Source of the DNA: Halobacteriaceae archaeon
GTDB lineage: Archaea > Halobacteriota > Halobacteria > Halobacteriales > Halobacteriaceae
Assembly: GCA_042216675.1 (NCBI GenBank)
Contig: JBDGTS010000034.1
Span: 1 to 39,337 of the forward strand
Length of the DNA: 39,337 nucleotides
Direction of reading: 5' to 3'
Made by a program: the position numbers and the translations under genes
Part shown: in pieces, positions 19,640 through 30,919 of the stretch
Numbering within the stretch: the stretch's first letter is position 1
Layout: each line of letters begins with the position of its first letter
Notes under the pieces: model-generated
Databases searched by the model: none
Told to the model about the DNA's origin: nothing
The model's input: only the letters and a program-made list of their open reading frames with translations

Positions 19640-20010
19640 GTTTCGACGTGCCTGCGGACCGCCGGTATCGCGAGAGCCACGAGTGGGTCCGACCGGCGGA
19701 CGGCCGCGTGGGGATCAGCGACTTCGCACAGGACGAACTGGGTGACGTGGTGTTCGTCGAACTGCCCGGCGAGGGCGACCACGTCGAACGGGGGGACACC
19801 TTCGGCGTCGTCGAGAGCATCAAGGCCGTCTCGGACCTGTACGCGCCCGTCTCTGGGGAGGTCGTCGCGGTCAACGACGCCCTCGAACAGGCGCCCGAGT
19901 TGGTCAACGAGGACCCGTACGGCGAGGGGTGGCTCCTCGAAGTCGAGTTCGACGAGGCCGACCTCGACGCACTGCTGACACCGGAAGCGTACCGGGACCA
20001 GATCGAATGA
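19636..20010 (+). CDS. gcvH: Glycine cleavage system H protein
   Basis: [26 protein letters not shown] (lipoyl Lys), [10 protein letters not shown]. Confidence 0.97.
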   Translation: MSFDVPADRRYRESHEWVRPADGRVGISDFAQDELGDVVFVELPGEGDHVERGDTFGVVESIKAVSDLYAPVSGEVVAVNDALEQAPELVNEDPYGEGWLLEVEFDEADLDALLTPEAYRDQIE

Positions 20011-21332
20011 CGGGCGACGCGAACCCCTACGTCTCACACGACGCCACCGAACGCGCGGCGATGCTCGACGCTGTCGGCGTCGACTCCGTGGCGGCCCTGT
20101 TCGACGTGCCCGAGAGCGTGCGCTTCGACGGCGACTTCGGCATCCCCAGCCGCGACGAGCGAACCGTCCGCGCGGAGGTGCGGAACACGCTCGGCGAGAA
20201 CGCCGACGTGACGGAGTTTCTCGGCCGCGGGCACTACGCGCACTACGTCCCGGCCGTCGTCGACGACTGCGCCGACCGCTCGGAGTTTCTCACCTCCTAC
20301 ACGCAGTATCAGCCGGAAATCGCGCAGGGCTTCCTGCAGGCCCTCTTCGAGTACCAGTCGCTCCTCGTGGAACTGACCGGTCTCGACGTGGCGAACGCGT
20401 CGGTGTACGACGCCGCGACCGCACTCGGCGAAGCGGCGCTGATGGCCGACCGGGTGCGCGCGACGGACGGCGACACGGTGTTCGTGCCCGAGACACTCCG
20501 CGAGGAGCGACGCGCGGTCCTCGACACGTACGTCGCCGGCCCCGCCCTCGCGGTGGAGACGTACCCCACCGAGGAGGGCACCGCCGACGTCGGGGGCCTC
20601 CGCGAATCGCTCCACGGCGACGCGATTCTGGTCTACGCCGAGACGCCGACGGTGCGGGGCTGTGTCGAACCCGCGCTCACGGCCGTCGGCGACGCCGCCG
20701 AGGACGCGGGCGCCCTGTTCTGCGTCGGCTCGGACCCCATCGCGCTCTCGCTCCTCGAACGCCCCGCCGACGCGGGCGCGGACGTGGTGGTGGGCGACGC
20801 GGGCGTCCTCGGCCTCGGCGCGAGTTTCGGCACCGGCCTCGGGATGTTCGCCACGCGCGAGGCGTTCCTCCGGCAGGTGCCGGGCCGCCTCGTCGGCGCG
20901 AGCGAGGACGCCGGCGGCCGGCGGGCCTACACGCTCACCCTCCAGACGCGCGAACAGCACATCCGGCGCGAACGGGCGACGAGCAACATCTGCACGAATC
21001 AGGCCCACCTCGCGCTGCGGGCGGCCGTCCACGCGGCGTGGCTCGGCCCCGAGGGCCTGACGGACCTCGCGGAGCGGTGTGTCGAACTGCCCCGTGACCT
21101 CGCGGCCGCGTTCGACGCAGTCGAGGGCGTCACCGCGCCGGTCGACGACCGACATCCCTTCCGGGAGTTCGTCGCCGAGACGGACCGGCCGGCCGACGCG
21201 GTGGCCGACGACTTGCTGGAGGCCGGGTACGCGGTCCACGCCGTCGACGACCACGAGATACAGGTCTGCGTGACCGAGGTCACCGAAGGCGAGACGGAGG
21301 GCCTCGTCGCGGCGCTGACGGAGGTGGCCTGA
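20007..21332 (+). CDS. gcvPA: Glycine dehydrogenase subunit 1
   Basis: [40 protein letters not shown]. Confidence 0.96.
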   Translation: MTGDANPYVSHDATERAAMLDAVGVDSVAALFDVPESVRFDGDFGIPSRDERTVRAEVRNTLGENADVTEFLGRGHYAHYVPAVVDDCADRSEFLTSYTQYQPEIAQGFLQALFEYQSLLVELTGLDVANASVYDAATALGEAALMADRVRATDGDTVFVPETLREERRAVLDTYVAGPALAVETYPTEEGTADVGGLRESLHGDAILVYAETPTVRGCVEPALTAVGDAAEDAGALFCVGSDPIALSLLERPADAGADVVVGDAGVLGLGASFGTGLGMFATREAFLRQVPGRLVGASEDAGGRRAYTLTLQTREQHIRRERATSNICTNQAHLALRAAVHAAWLGPEGLTDLAERCVELPRDLAAAFDAVEGVTAPVDDRHPFREFVAETDRPADAVADDLLEAGYAVHAVDDHEIQVCVTEVTEGETEGLVAALTEVA

Positions 21333-22741
21333 TGCGCCACGACCAAGCGCGCTGGACCGAGGACGGCGCGTACGAACCGCTCCTCTCGGAGAAGCGCACC
21401 GCGACGGCCGAGAGTGAGGGGGTCCTCCCCGACGACCTGACTCGAGACGAACTCTCCCTGCCGGCGCCCGCCGAACCCGAAGTCGCGCGCCACTACACCC
21501 GCCTCGCGCAGATGACCTACGGCGTCGACTCGGGACCGTTCCCGCTTGGGTCCTGCACGATGAAGTACAATCCCAAGTTCACGGACGCCCTCGCCGGGCG
21601 TCCGGAGGGGGCGGTCCACCCGGACCGACCGGACGAGGCCCTGCAGGGGACCCTCGCGGTCTGTCACGGCCTCCAGCGCTACCTCGCCGACATCGGCGGG
21701 ATGGACGCGGTGACCCTCCAACCGCCCGCGGGCGCCGCGGGCGAGTTCACCGGCATCCACGTCGCGCGGGCCTACCACCGCGCGAACGACGACGAACGGA
21801 GCGAGGTGCTGGTGCCCGAGGGCGCCCACGGCACGAACTTCGCCACGGCCGCGATGGCCGGGTACGACGTGGTGGAGGTGCCCGCCGGCGACGACGGCCG
21901 CGTGGACGTCGACGCCCTCCGCGCCGCGGCCGGGCCGGAGACGGCGGCGCTGATGCTCACGAACCCGAACACGCTCGGGCTCTTCGAGCGCGACATCGAA
22001 GAAATCGCCGACGTGGTTCACGACGCCGGCGGCCTCCTCTACTACGACGGCGCGAACCTCAACGCTCTGCTCGGCCGGGCGCGCCCCGGCGACATGGGCT
22101 TCGACGTGATGCACTACAACGTCCACAAGACGTTCGCGACGCCCCACGGCGGCGGGGGACCGGGCGCCGGCCCCGTCGGCGTCACGGACGAACTCGCGCC
22201 GTACCTCCCCGCGCCCGTCGTGGAGCGCGACGGGGGGACGTTCCGCCGCGTCGCCCCCGAGCGCTCCATCGGGAAGGTGCATGGCTTCCACGGCAACTGG
22301 CCGGCCGTGATTCGGGCCTACGCCTACATCGCGCGCCTCGGCGACGAGGGCCTGCGCGCCGCGAGCGCGAACGCCGTCCTCAACGCGAACTACCTCGCAG
22401 AGCAGATCGACTTCGACATCCCCTACGGCCCGTTCCACCACGAGTTCGTCGCCAGCGCCGACCGCGACGCCGCGGACGTGGCCAAGCGGATGCTCGACTA
22501 CGGCGTCCACCCGCCGACGACGAAGTGGCCCGAGGCCGTGGACGAGGCGCTGATGACCGAACCCACGGAGGCGGAGTCGCTGGCGGACCTCGACAGACTC
22601 GCGGAGGCCTTCGACCAAGTGGCCCGCGACGAGGACGAGACGCTGCGGAACGCGCCCGAGCGAACCGCGGCGCGGCGCGTCGACCAGACGGAAGCGGCGC
22701 GGAATCCGCGCCTGTCGTGGCAGGCCCTCGACGAAGCGTAG
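21332..22741 (+). CDS. gcvPB: Glycine dehydrogenase subunit 2
   Basis: PLGSCTMKYNP, HGTNFA, LTNPNT, NVHKTFATPHGGGGPG. Confidence 0.96.
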   Translation: MRHDQARWTEDGAYEPLLSEKRTATAESEGVLPDDLTRDELSLPAPAEPEVARHYTRLAQMTYGVDSGPFPLGSCTMKYNPKFTDALAGRPEGAVHPDRPDEALQGTLAVCHGLQRYLADIGGMDAVTLQPPAGAAGEFTGIHVARAYHRANDDERSEVLVPEGAHGTNFATAAMAGYDVVEVPAGDDGRVDVDALRAAAGPETAALMLTNPNTLGLFERDIEEIADVVHDAGGLLYYDGANLNALLGRARPGDMGFDVMHYNVHKTFATPHGGGGPGAGPVGVTDELAPYLPAPVVERDGGTFRRVAPERSIGKVHGFHGNWPAVIRAYAYIARLGDEGLRAASANAVLNANYLAEQIDFDIPYGPFHHEFVASADRDAADVAKRMLDYGVHPPTTKWPEAVDEALMTEPTEAESLADLDRLAEAFDQVARDEDETLRNAPERTAARRVDQTEAARNPRLSWQALDEA

Positions 22742-24082
22742 CTACCGGTCGGCGAGGTGGCCGGGCACCCACTCGCCGTCGAACTCCTCGTGGGTGAACG
22801 GCGTCGCGTCCTCGCCGGCGTAGGAGGCGACGACGTGGCCGTCGCCCTCGATGTGGTACTTGTAGGTCGTCAGCCCCTCCAGTCCGACGGGGCCGCGGGC
22901 GTGGATTTTGCCCGTCGAGATGCCGACTTCGGCGCCGAGGCCGTAGCGGTAGCCGTCGGCGAAGCGGGTGGAGACGTTGTGGAACACGCTCGCGGAGTCG
23001 ATGGAGCGCATGAACCGGCCCGCGCGGTCCGCGTCTTCGGTGACGATGGACTCCGTGTGCTTCGACCCGTGGGTCGTCACGTGGTCCACCGCCGCGTCGA
23101 GGGAGTCCACGACGCGCACGGCGACGATGAGGTCACCGTACTCGGTGTCCCAGTCCTCGGGCGTGGCTTCCTCGGCGTCGATTATCTCGCGGGTGGCCTC
23201 GTCGCCGCGAATCTCGACGCCAGCGTCCTCGTAGCGGGCCGCGACGTCCGGCAGGAAGTCCGCGGCCACGTCCTCGTGGACGAGCAGCGTCTCGACGGCG
23301 TTGCAGACGGCGGGGTACTGCACCTTCGCGTCGTAGGCCACGTCGCTGGCCATGTCGAGGTCCGCCTCGCTGTCGACGTAGACGTGACAGATGCCCTCGG
23401 TGTGCCCGAGGACGGGGATGGACGTGTTGTCCTGAATGTACTGGACGAACTCGGAACTGCCCCGCGGCATCAGGAGGTCCACGGACTCGTCCATCTCCAG
23501 CACGGTGTCCACGTCCTCGCGGGCCTCGACGAGTTGCGCCCAGCCCTCGGGCGCGTCCACGGCGTCGACGATGGTCTCGTAGAGGACGCGATTGGACTCG
23601 CTGGCCTCGCTCCCGCCCTTGAGGATGACGCTGTTGCCGGACTTCAGCGCGAGCGCCGCGATCTGGACGAGCGCGTCCGGCCGGGACTCGAAGACGGTGC
23701 CGATGACGCCGATGGGCACCGAGACCTTGTACAGTTCGAGGTCCGCGTCGAGTTCGCGGGCCGAGAGCGTCTTGCCCAGCGGGTCGTCCTGTTCGGCGAC
23801 GCTCCGGACCATCTCGGCGATGTCTTCGAGTTTGGACTCCGAGAGCTTCAGGCGGTCCACGAGGGCCTGACTGTACTCGCCGCGTTCGAGCATCTCCTCG
23901 GCCTCTTCGACGTCCGCCTCGTTGGCGTCGAGGATGGCGTCGGCGTTTGCCTCGATGGCGTCGGCCGCGTCGTGAAGCGCCGCGCGCCGCCGGTCGTCCG
24001 ACAGTTTCGCGAGGTCGAGCGACGCGGCCTCGGCCAGTTCGACCTTGCGCTCCGTCGTGCGTTCGCCGGCAGTGTCACTCAT
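22742..24082 (-). CDS. proA: Glutamate-5-semialdehyde dehydrogenase
   Basis: [47 protein letters not shown]. Confidence 0.96.
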   Translation of the reverse strand: MSDTAGERTTERKVELAEAASLDLAKLSDDRRRAALHDAADAIEANADAILDANEADVEEAEEMLERGEYSQALVDRLKLSESKLEDIAEMVRSVAEQDDPLGKTLSARELDADLELYKVSVPIGVIGTVFESRPDALVQIAALALKSGNSVILKGGSEASESNRVLYETIVDAVDAPEGWAQLVEAREDVDTVLEMDESVDLLMPRGSSEFVQYIQDNTSIPVLGHTEGICHVYVDSEADLDMASDVAYDAKVQYPAVCNAVETLLVHEDVAADFLPDVAARYEDAGVEIRGDEATREIIDAEEATPEDWDTEYGDLIVAVRVVDSLDAAVDHVTTHGSKHTESIVTEDADRAGRFMRSIDSASVFHNVSTRFADGYRYGLGAEVGISTGKIHARGPVGLEGLTTYKYHIEGDGHVVASYAGEDATPFTHEEFDGEWVPGHLADR

Positions 24083-24908
24083 CGTCCTCACCGTTGATGG
24101 GGACGAATATTGTGCCCACCGATTCGGCCGCGGCGATGCGCGCCAACACGTCGGGCGCCGTCGACTCCGCGATGATGGCCGGACTGCCGTGTTCGCTCAC
24201 GTCGCGGGCGCCCTCGACCTTCGTGCGGATGCCGCCGAACTGGTCGCTGGCGCTGTCCTCGACGAGCCGTTCCACCTCGTCGTAGTTCCGGCCGACGGCG
24301 TCGATGCGCTCCGCGTCGGGGTTCTCCTTAGGGTTGGCCGTGTAGACGCCGCCCACGTCGGTGAGCGTCACCAGCAGGTCCGCGTCGACGCCGACGGTGA
24401 CGGAGGCGGAAATCATGTCGTTGTCGCCGATGCGAATCTCCTCGGTGGCGACGGCGTCGTTCTCGTTGATGATGGGAACGACGCCCCAGTCCAGTAGCGT
24501 CTCGACGGTGTTCCGGAAGTTCGTGAACCGTTCGGGGTTGTCGAGGTCGTGTTGAGTGAGGAGAATCTGGGCCACCTTCCGGCCGTGGCGCCCGAAACTC
24601 TCCGTGTAGCGGTGCATCAGGTGGCTCTGGCCGACCGTCGAGAGCGCTTGGGCCTCCTCGACGGTGTTCGTCGGCTGGTCGACGCGGCCCTGTCCCGCGC
24701 CGACGGCGCCCGAGGAGACGAGCAGGACCTGCTTGCCACGCGAGAGGAGGTCCTCCACGTCGTCGACGAGTTTGTCGAGTTTCGCGTCGTCGAGGTTCGA
24801 GTCCGCGTCGGTGAGCGAGTTCGTACCGGCCTTCACGACGACGCGCTCTGCCGACGCGGCCTGTTCGCGGGCCGCGGCCACCGCGTCCGCCTCGGCGGCC
24901 TCACTCAT
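24075..24908 (-). CDS. proB: Glutamate 5-kinase (short form, no PUA domain)
   Basis: [36 protein letters not shown]; ATG at 24908. Confidence 0.95.
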   Translation of the reverse strand: MSEAAEADAVAAAREQAASAERVVVKAGTNSLTDADSNLDDAKLDKLVDDVEDLLSRGKQVLLVSSGAVGAGQGRVDQPTNTVEEAQALSTVGQSHLMHRYTESFGRHGRKVAQILLTQHDLDNPERFTNFRNTVETLLDWGVVPIINENDAVATEEIRIGDNDMISASVTVGVDADLLVTLTDVGGVYTANPKENPDAERIDAVGRNYDEVERLVEDSASDQFGGIRTKVEGARDVSEHGSPAIIAESTAPDVLARIAAAESVGTIFVPINGEDDE

Positions 24909-25677
24909 CGCCGACACCCTCGGCGAGTTCCCGTGACCGCTCCTCGGCGGCGGCGACGGCGGCGGCCACGGCGTCGTCGGCGTCGCTGTCCCACAGCACC
25001 TCCATCCCCTCGATGGTGGTGCCGTTCGGCGAGCAGACGGCGTCGATGAGGTCCTCGATGGACTGCTCGGACTGCAACACCGTCTCCGCCGCGCCCTTGA
25101 ACGTCTGTGCGGCGAGCGTCTCGGCCTGTCCGGGGTCGAGTCCCGCGTCGACACCGGCGTCCCGCATCGCCTGAATGAGATAGAAGACGAAGGCCGGACC
25201 GCTCCCGTTCACCGCCGTCGCCACGTCCATGCGCTCCTCCTCAATCTCGACGAACTCGCCCGCGTCGTCGAGCAAGGTCCGCACGGCGTCGTTCACGTCG
25301 CCGGTGGCGGCCGCGGCCATGTTCCGCGTCTCGGCGGCGAGATTCGGCATCACGCGCACCACGTCGGCGTCGGTGCGCGGTTCGACGAAGTCCGTCGAGA
25401 CGCCGGCCGCAATCGTGACGAGCGTCTGGGACGGGTCCAGGTTCAGGTCGTCGAGGACGTAGGGCACCACGTCCGGTTTCACCGCGACGACGACGACTTC
25501 GGCGTCGGCCGTCGCCTCGGCGGCGTCCGCCGTCGTCTTCGACACGTACTCCGACACGGATTCGAGCGCGTGCGGGTCCTGGTCGCAGGCGACGAGTTCG
25601 TGGCCGCCCGCCGCGGCGAGTCCCTTCAACAGGGCGCTCCCCATGTTCCCGCACCCGATGACGCTCACTCGTACCAT
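24901..25677 (-). CDS. proC: Pyrroline-5-carboxylate reductase
   Basis: [30 protein letters not shown]. Confidence 0.96.
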   Translation of the reverse strand: MVRVSVIGCGNMGSALLKGLAAAGGHELVACDQDPHALESVSEYVSKTTADAAEATADAEVVVVAVKPDVVPYVLDDLNLDPSQTLVTIAAGVSTDFVEPRTDADVVRVMPNLAAETRNMAAAATGDVNDAVRTLLDDAGEFVEIEEERMDVATAVNGSGPAFVFYLIQAMRDAGVDAGLDPGQAETLAAQTFKGAAETVLQSEQSIEDLIDAVCSPNGTTIEGMEVLWDSDADDAVAAAVAAAEERSRELAEGVGDE

Positions 25678-25763
25678 CTTATGTCCGTGCAGGGGACTCA
25701 GCGGTGATACCTACTGCGGTTTTCGCTCGGGGGAGTTATGCCCGCGCGGCCGGTAGCACGACC

Positions 25764-26477
25764 ATGCGGGAACTCGTCTTCACCTTGGACTACGCGTCGG
25801 GGGAGAACGCGGTGGCCGACGCCCTCGCGGCCCACCCCGAGGCGCGCATCCGGTCGCTGTCCCTGCACGCCACCGCTGAACGCCTCTGGCGGGTGGACCA
25901 CGCGACGGGGCCGGACGACGCGCTGACGGCCGTCGAGGCGGCGTTTCGGGGCGCCGACTACTACGCAGACTGCCTCGCCACCGAGGACTGCGGCGCGACG
26001 CAACGGACGCAGGTGGTCGAGCGCTCGCCGGAGACGTTGGTCCTGTACTCCGACTGGGAGCGCACGCCGGCCTGCGCCTCCGTCCCCCACATCGCCTTGG
26101 ACCACCTCGGCGCGGGGGTCCTCTTCGACACGCGCCACGAGGGCCGGCAGTACACGTGGCGACTCATCCACTCCGGCGAGGGGGACGTGAGCGCGTTCTT
26201 CGACGCCCTCGACGCCGCCGTCGGCGACTGTGCGGAGATGGCGATGCGCCGCGTTCGCGACGCGGGCGACGACGGGGGCCTGCCGCCGGCCCAACGCGAG
26301 GCGCTCCGGGCCGCCGTCGACCACGGCTACTACGAGACGCCGCGCGAGACTGACGCGGCCGAACTCGCCGACGTGCTCGGGGTTCCGCGCTCCACGCTCA
26401 CGTATCGGCTCCGGCGCGCGGAGGCTCACCTCGCCACGGGCCACGTCGCCGAGGAGCGACCCGACGCGGTGCTGTAG
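25764..26477 (+). CDS. HTH-10 (Bat-like) transcription regulator with Cys-containing N-terminal domain
   Basis: C-terminal QREALRAAVDHGYYETPRE...LTYRLRRAE; N-terminal DCLATEDC and ACASVPH. Confidence 0.88.
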   Translation: MRELVFTLDYASGENAVADALAAHPEARIRSLSLHATAERLWRVDHATGPDDALTAVEAAFRGADYYADCLATEDCGATQRTQVVERSPETLVLYSDWERTPACASVPHIALDHLGAGVLFDTRHEGRQYTWRLIHSGEGDVSAFFDALDAAVGDCAEMAMRRVRDAGDDGGLPPAQREALRAAVDHGYYETPRETDAAELADVLGVPRSTLTYRLRRAEAHLATGHVAEERPDAVL

Positions 26478-26481
26478 CGGG

Positions 26482-26497
26482 GTTGGAACATTCCAAC
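26482..26497. promoter_or_regulatory. Inverted repeat upstream of the ATPase promoter
   Basis: GTTGGAA-CA-TTCCAAC directly before the BRE/TATA-like CGAAGGCTTAT. Confidence 0.6.
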
Positions 26498-26532
26498 GAA
26501 GGCTTATCGGCACGCCGCCCCTAGATTCGACG

Positions 26533-28761
26533 ATGACAGCGGATTCGGCCGCCGACGAGGGACACGTGACGCTCTCGCTGGCGGTGCCGGAGATGGACTG
26601 CCCCTCCTGTGCGGGGAAGGTGGGCAACGCCCTCGACGGGGCCGAGGGCGTCGTCGACACGACGCTCAAGCCAACGACTGGGACCGCGACGGTGACGTTC
26701 GACCCCGAGCGCACGTCGCGGGCCGCCGTCGTCGCCGCCATCGAGAGCGCGGGCTACGACGTCGTCGGCGAGGACGACGAGGAGGACATCGCGCCGCCGA
26801 CGGCCGTGTGGACGAGTCCGCGGGCCGTCAAGACGGGCGTCGGCGCGGTGTTCCTCACGCTCGGTCTCGTGTTGGAGTTCGTCGCCGGGCCGAACCCCGA
26901 AGTGGCGTCGGTCCTCGCCCACCCGCTGACGCTCGCCGACGGCCTCTTTCTCGTCGCCGTCGTCGCCAGCGGCCTCCCGGTGATTCGGGGCGGCTACTAC
27001 TCCGCGCGTAACCGGAGCCTCGACATCGACCTGCTGATGGGCACCGCCATCATCGCGGCCAGCGGCATCGGCTACTTCGTCGAAGCGGCGACGCTCGCGG
27101 TGCTGTTCAGCGTCGCCGAGATGCTGGAGACGTACGCGATGGACCGCGCGCGGAACTCCCTGCGCGAACTGATGGACCTCTCGCCCGACGAGGCCACGGT
27201 CCGGCGCGACGGCGAAGAAGTGACTGTCCCCGCCGAAACCGTCGCCGTCGGCGAACGCGTCGTCGTCCGCCCGGGCGAGAAGGTGCCCCTCGACGGGACC
27301 GTCGTGGAGGGAGCCAGCGCCATCGACGAGTCGCCCATCACCGGCGAGAGCGTGCCCGTCGACAAATCCCCCGGAGACGACGTGTTCGCCGGCACCATCA
27401 ACGAGACTGGCTACATCGAATTCGAGGCGACGGCACCGGCCGAGGACTCGACGCTCTCGCACATCATCGAGATGGTGCAGGGCGCCCGCGAGAAGCAGAC
27501 GGAGAAAGAGCAGTTCGTGGACCGCTTCGCGGACTACTACACGCCCGTCGTCGTGGTGCTGGCGATCCTGACCGCCGCCGTCCCGCCGATAGCGCTCGGG
27601 TGGCCGTGGCAGACGTGGTTCGTCCGCGGTCTCACGCTGTTGGTCATCGCCTGTCCCTGCGCGTTCGTCATCAGCACGCCCGTCTCCGTCGTCTCGGGCA
27701 TCACGAGCGCCGCCCGCAACGGCGTCCTCATCAAGGGCGGCAACCACCTCGAAGCGATGGGCGACGTGGACGCCGTCGCACTCGACAAGACGGGGACGCT
27801 CACGAAGGGCGAACTCGCCGTCACCGAGGTGGTTCCGCTGGGCGACGCCACCGAGAGCGAGGTGCTCCGCTACGCCGCTGGCCTCGAACGCCAGAGCACC
27901 CACCCCATCGCAGACGCCATCATGGCGCGGGCGGCGAGAGCGGGCATCGACGACCCGCCGCGGCCCGAGGGCTTCGAGAGCCTCACCGGTGAGGGCATCC
28001 GCGGCGAGTTCGACGGCGAGACGTACTACGCCGGCAAGCCGGCGCTGTTCACGGACCTCGGCATCGACCTCTCGGCGCTGCGCACCGACGGGGGACAGTC
28101 CGTCACGGCGTCCTCCGCGGCCGCCATCGGGCGCTTCGAGTCCGCCGGCAACACCGTCGTCCTCGTCGGCACCGAGACGGAGGTACTCGGCATCATCGCC
28201 GTCGCGGACGAGGTGCGCCCGGGCGCCGCGCGAACCGTCGAGCGACTCCACGAACTCGGCGTGGACCACGTGGCGATGCTCACCGGCGACAACGAGCGGA
28301 CGGCACAGGCCATCGGCGAACAGGTGGGCGTCGACGAGGTGCGCGCGGAACTCCTCCCCGAAGAGAAAGTCGCCGCCGTCGAGGCCCTGCAGGACGCCCA
28401 CGGCGAGGTGGCGATGGTCGGCGACGGCATCAACGACGCGCCCGCCCTCGCCACCGCCGACGTGGGCGTGGCGATGGGCGCGGCGGGCACGGACACGGCG
28501 CTGGAAACCGCCGACATCGCGCTGATGGGCGACGACGTGGGGAAACTGCCCTACCTCTACGCGCTCTCCCACCGGGCGAACGGCGTCATCCGGCAGAACA
28601 TCTGGGCCAGCCTCGGCGTGAAAGCCCTCCTCGCGGTGGGGGTCCCCCTCGGCCTCGTCACCGTCGCCGTCGCCGTCGTCGTCGGGGACATGGGGATGAG
28701 TCTGGGCGTCACCGGCAACGCGATGCGCCTCTCGCGCCTGACGCCCGAGCAGGTGGACTAA
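26533..28761 (+). CDS. cadA: Heavy-metal (Cd/Zn/Pb-type) P1B ATPase
   Basis: MDCPSC HMA domain, TGES, CPC, DKTGT, HP, GDGINDAP; LIKGG and a C-terminal DMG suggest the P1B-2 subtype. Confidence 0.92.
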   Translation: MTADSAADEGHVTLSLAVPEMDCPSCAGKVGNALDGAEGVVDTTLKPTTGTATVTFDPERTSRAAVVAAIESAGYDVVGEDDEEDIAPPTAVWTSPRAVKTGVGAVFLTLGLVLEFVAGPNPEVASVLAHPLTLADGLFLVAVVASGLPVIRGGYYSARNRSLDIDLLMGTAIIAASGIGYFVEAATLAVLFSVAEMLETYAMDRARNSLRELMDLSPDEATVRRDGEEVTVPAETVAVGERVVVRPGEKVPLDGTVVEGASAIDESPITGESVPVDKSPGDDVFAGTINETGYIEFEATAPAEDSTLSHIIEMVQGAREKQTEKEQFVDRFADYYTPVVVVLAILTAAVPPIALGWPWQTWFVRGLTLLVIACPCAFVISTPVSVVSGITSAARNGVLIKGGNHLEAMGDVDAVALDKTGTLTKGELAVTEVVPLGDATESEVLRYAAGLERQSTHPIADAIMARAARAGIDDPPRPEGFESLTGEGIRGEFDGETYYAGKPALFTDLGIDLSALRTDGGQSVTASSAAAIGRFESAGNTVVLVGTETEVLGIIAVADEVRPGAARTVERLHELGVDHVAMLTGDNERTAQAIGEQVGVDEVRAELLPEEKVAAVEALQDAHGEVAMVGDGINDAPALATADVGVAMGAAGTDTALETADIALMGDDVGKLPYLYALSHRANGVIRQNIWASLGVKALLAVGVPLGLVTVAVAVVVGDMGMSLGVTGNAMRLSRLTPEQVD

Positions 28762-29273
28762 GCCTCCTCGACCCGAAGCCGACCCCCGCAGTCGCCACAG
28801 CGGTACGTTTCGGGGTTCTTGACCAGTTTCGAGCGCCGATAGCGGGCCAGCCGTGCGTCGCAGTCGGTACAGACGACCCAGTACGCGGGCGGCGTGAACC
28901 GCTCGCAGTGGACGTGGGTGTCCAGTCGCTCGGCGAGGCGGCGGAACGCCGGCCCGTGCCCGCCGTCGCCCTCCGCGGTGAGTAAGTGGACGTGCGCGAG
29001 TTCGTGGCGCACCGTCGCGGCCGTCGCCCGCCAGCCCTCGTTCTCGAACTGCCGCCACGCGAGGGTGACCCGCTTCGGGTCGCCGTCGCGGTGGTGGACC
29101 GCCCCGGCGCGGCGCTTGGCGCGGGCGCTGACCGACCAGTCGAGGGCGCTCACGTCCGCCGAGAGGTCGTGGCGCTCGACGACGGCGCGGGCGTACAGTT
29201 TGACTGCCGCGAGAAACTCTGCGCGGCTACACGCCGGCGTGACGGCGTAGCGCGCCACGGGGTCGTCCGCCAT
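28758..29273 (-). CDS. SprT-like zinc metalloprotease with C-terminal zinc ribbon
   Basis: RAKRRAG, HELAH, GHGPAF, CTDC...CGDCGG. Confidence 0.85.
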   Translation of the reverse strand: MADDPVARYAVTPACSRAEFLAAVKLYARAVVERHDLSADVSALDWSVSARAKRRAGAVHHRDGDPKRVTLAWRQFENEGWRATAATVRHELAHVHLLTAEGDGGHGPAFRRLAERLDTHVHCERFTPPAYWVVCTDCDARLARYRRSKLVKNPETYRCGDCGGRLRVEEA

Positions 29274-29311
29274 CGTCGGCCCGTCGACGCGCCGGGATAA
29301 TGGCGTTTCGG

Positions 29312-30247
29312 TCACTCAGAGTCGGCCTCGTACTCGGACTCGATGTGCCGGAGGATTTCGAGCGCGCGCTCCTCCCTGCTCGCCGGGTCCTCGTGCCCGT
29401 ACCGGACTTCGTTGAACAGGTCCGTGAGTTCCATCACGTCGTCCTCGTCGAGGCCGAAGTCGATGGCCGCGTCCGCGAAGTCCATCGGACTGCTGGTGTC
29501 CGGGTCGGGGATGGCGAGCAGTTGCGTCATCTCGAACCACGCCCGGTAGACGGCGTTGTCCACCGCGACGTTGGCCTCCTCGATGCGATCGGCCGCGCGG
29601 CCCGCCGCCTCCGCGAAGTCGGCCTCGTCGGGCGAGCCGGTCACGCCCTCGTCTTCGAGGGGTTCGTACTCCTCGTCCTCACCGGTGACGGCGTACAGCA
29701 TCACCGCGGCGAGGCCGAGGACGGCGACGAGAGCAGCGCCCAGCACCGTCGGCGGGATGTTCGGGGCGTTGACGCCCGCTCCGGGACCCGGAATCCAGCT
29801 CGGCGGCCCGCCCGACGGCGGCCCGCTGTTGTCCATGGAGGTCTGACAGTTCGTGAGGAAGAAGTACGACCCCAGCACCACGGGCACGACGCCGGACCCG
29901 ACCATCAGGGCCGTCGCGCCGTTCCAGCGGCGCTGGACGCCGTAGAAGAGGGCACCCATCGCGCCGAAGAGACCCACCACCGCGACTGGCGTGGTCAGGA
30001 ACTCGATGCAGAACCGGAGCGTCGGCCCGTCGTTACCGGGTCCGGGGAAGACCCCGGGGCCGGAGCCGTTGCCGGGTCCCGGGCCCGGACCGCCACCGCC
30101 GCCGCCCGGCGGCTCACCGACGATTGGGGCACCACCGGTCGGTCCGCCGACGGTGTTGCCGATTGTCGCCGCCGTGGCCGAGAGCGCGAGCAGCGCGACC
30201 ACGATCAGGACGATGGACGGCGCCTTTCGCCTGTCAACGACACTCAT
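29312..30247 (-). CDS. DUF4129-domain membrane protein
   Basis: N-terminal TM helices, Gly/Pro linkers, C-terminal NAVYRAWFEM...LTDLFNEVRYG; ATG at 30247. Confidence 0.82.
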   Translation of the reverse strand: MSVVDRRKAPSIVLIVVALLALSATAATIGNTVGGPTGGAPIVGEPPGGGGGGPGPGPGNGSGPGVFPGPGNDGPTLRFCIEFLTTPVAVVGLFGAMGALFYGVQRRWNGATALMVGSGVVPVVLGSYFFLTNCQTSMDNSGPPSGGPPSWIPGPGAGVNAPNIPPTVLGAALVAVLGLAAVMLYAVTGEDEEYEPLEDEGVTGSPDEADFAEAAGRAADRIEEANVAVDNAVYRAWFEMTQLLAIPDPDTSSPMDFADAAIDFGLDEDDVMELTDLFNEVRYGHEDPASREERALEILRHIESEYEADSE

Positions 30248-30465
30248 GGTGAGACAGAGGCCATCGGCGAATAAATGGCCTTGGATGACTAACACGTCCG
30301 TTTGACCCATCGGCCGAGCGGCGCGACGAGCGGAGCCTGAACGGGTGAAGGCGTCGTGCGACCGCCGAGGCCGCTGACGGCCGGCGCAGACGGTCGCTGT
30401 GCGCAGCATCGGTGGGATATTTCGTATCGCGTATTCTGGTTTATCGTCGGCGCTGTGTGAATTCT

Positions 30466-30492
30466 TATTACTCAGCGGGGGCTGAGTTAATA
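30466..30492. promoter_or_regulatory. Candidate NikR-type operator TATTA-N17-TAATA
   Basis: TATTA-CTCAGC-GGGG-GCTGAG-T-TAATA spanning the TATA box up to the nikR start codon. Confidence 0.6.
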
Positions 30493-30493
30493 C

Positions 30494-30919
30494 ATGACAG
30501 TCGTCAGCGTCTCGATGCCGGACGAGTTGCTGGAGCGCATCGACACGTTCGCGGACGAACACGGCTACACCGGGCGGAGCGAGGTGGTGCGGGAGGCGGC
30601 GCGGAACCTCCTCGGCGAGTTCGAGGACCGGGACCTCGCGGGCCGCGACCTCATCGGCCTCGTGACGGTGGTGTTCAACTACGAATCGACGGACGTCGAG
30701 GAGAAACTGATGGGCCTGCGCCACGAGTACGAGGACCTCGTGACCTCGAACGTCCACAACCACGTGGGCAACCACTACTGCATGGAACTGTTCGTCCTCG
30801 AAGGGACTCTGGAGGACGTGTCGACGTTCGTGGGCCGCATCCGGGCGACGCGGGACACCCTCACCGTCGACTACTCGGTGATGCCCGTGGACGACTTTCC
30901 CCTCTCCGAACTCGAATAG
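30494..30919 (+). CDS. nikR: NikR-family metal-responsive ribbon-helix-helix regulator
   Basis: [11 protein letters not shown]...[12 protein letters not shown]; RHEY...HNH...C ligand pattern. Confidence 0.88.
   Translation: MTVVSVSMPDELLERIDTFADEHGYTGRSEVVREAARNLLGEFEDRDLAGRDLIGLVTVVFNYESTDVEEKLMGLRHEYEDLVTSNVHNHVGNHYCMELFVLEGTLEDVSTFVGRIRATRDTLTVDYSVMPVDDFPLSELE

Noticed and set aside
30040-30150. GC-rich quasi-repeats (CCGGGTCC, GGGCC)
   Set aside because: Explained by the Gly/Pro linker of the DUF4129 protein.
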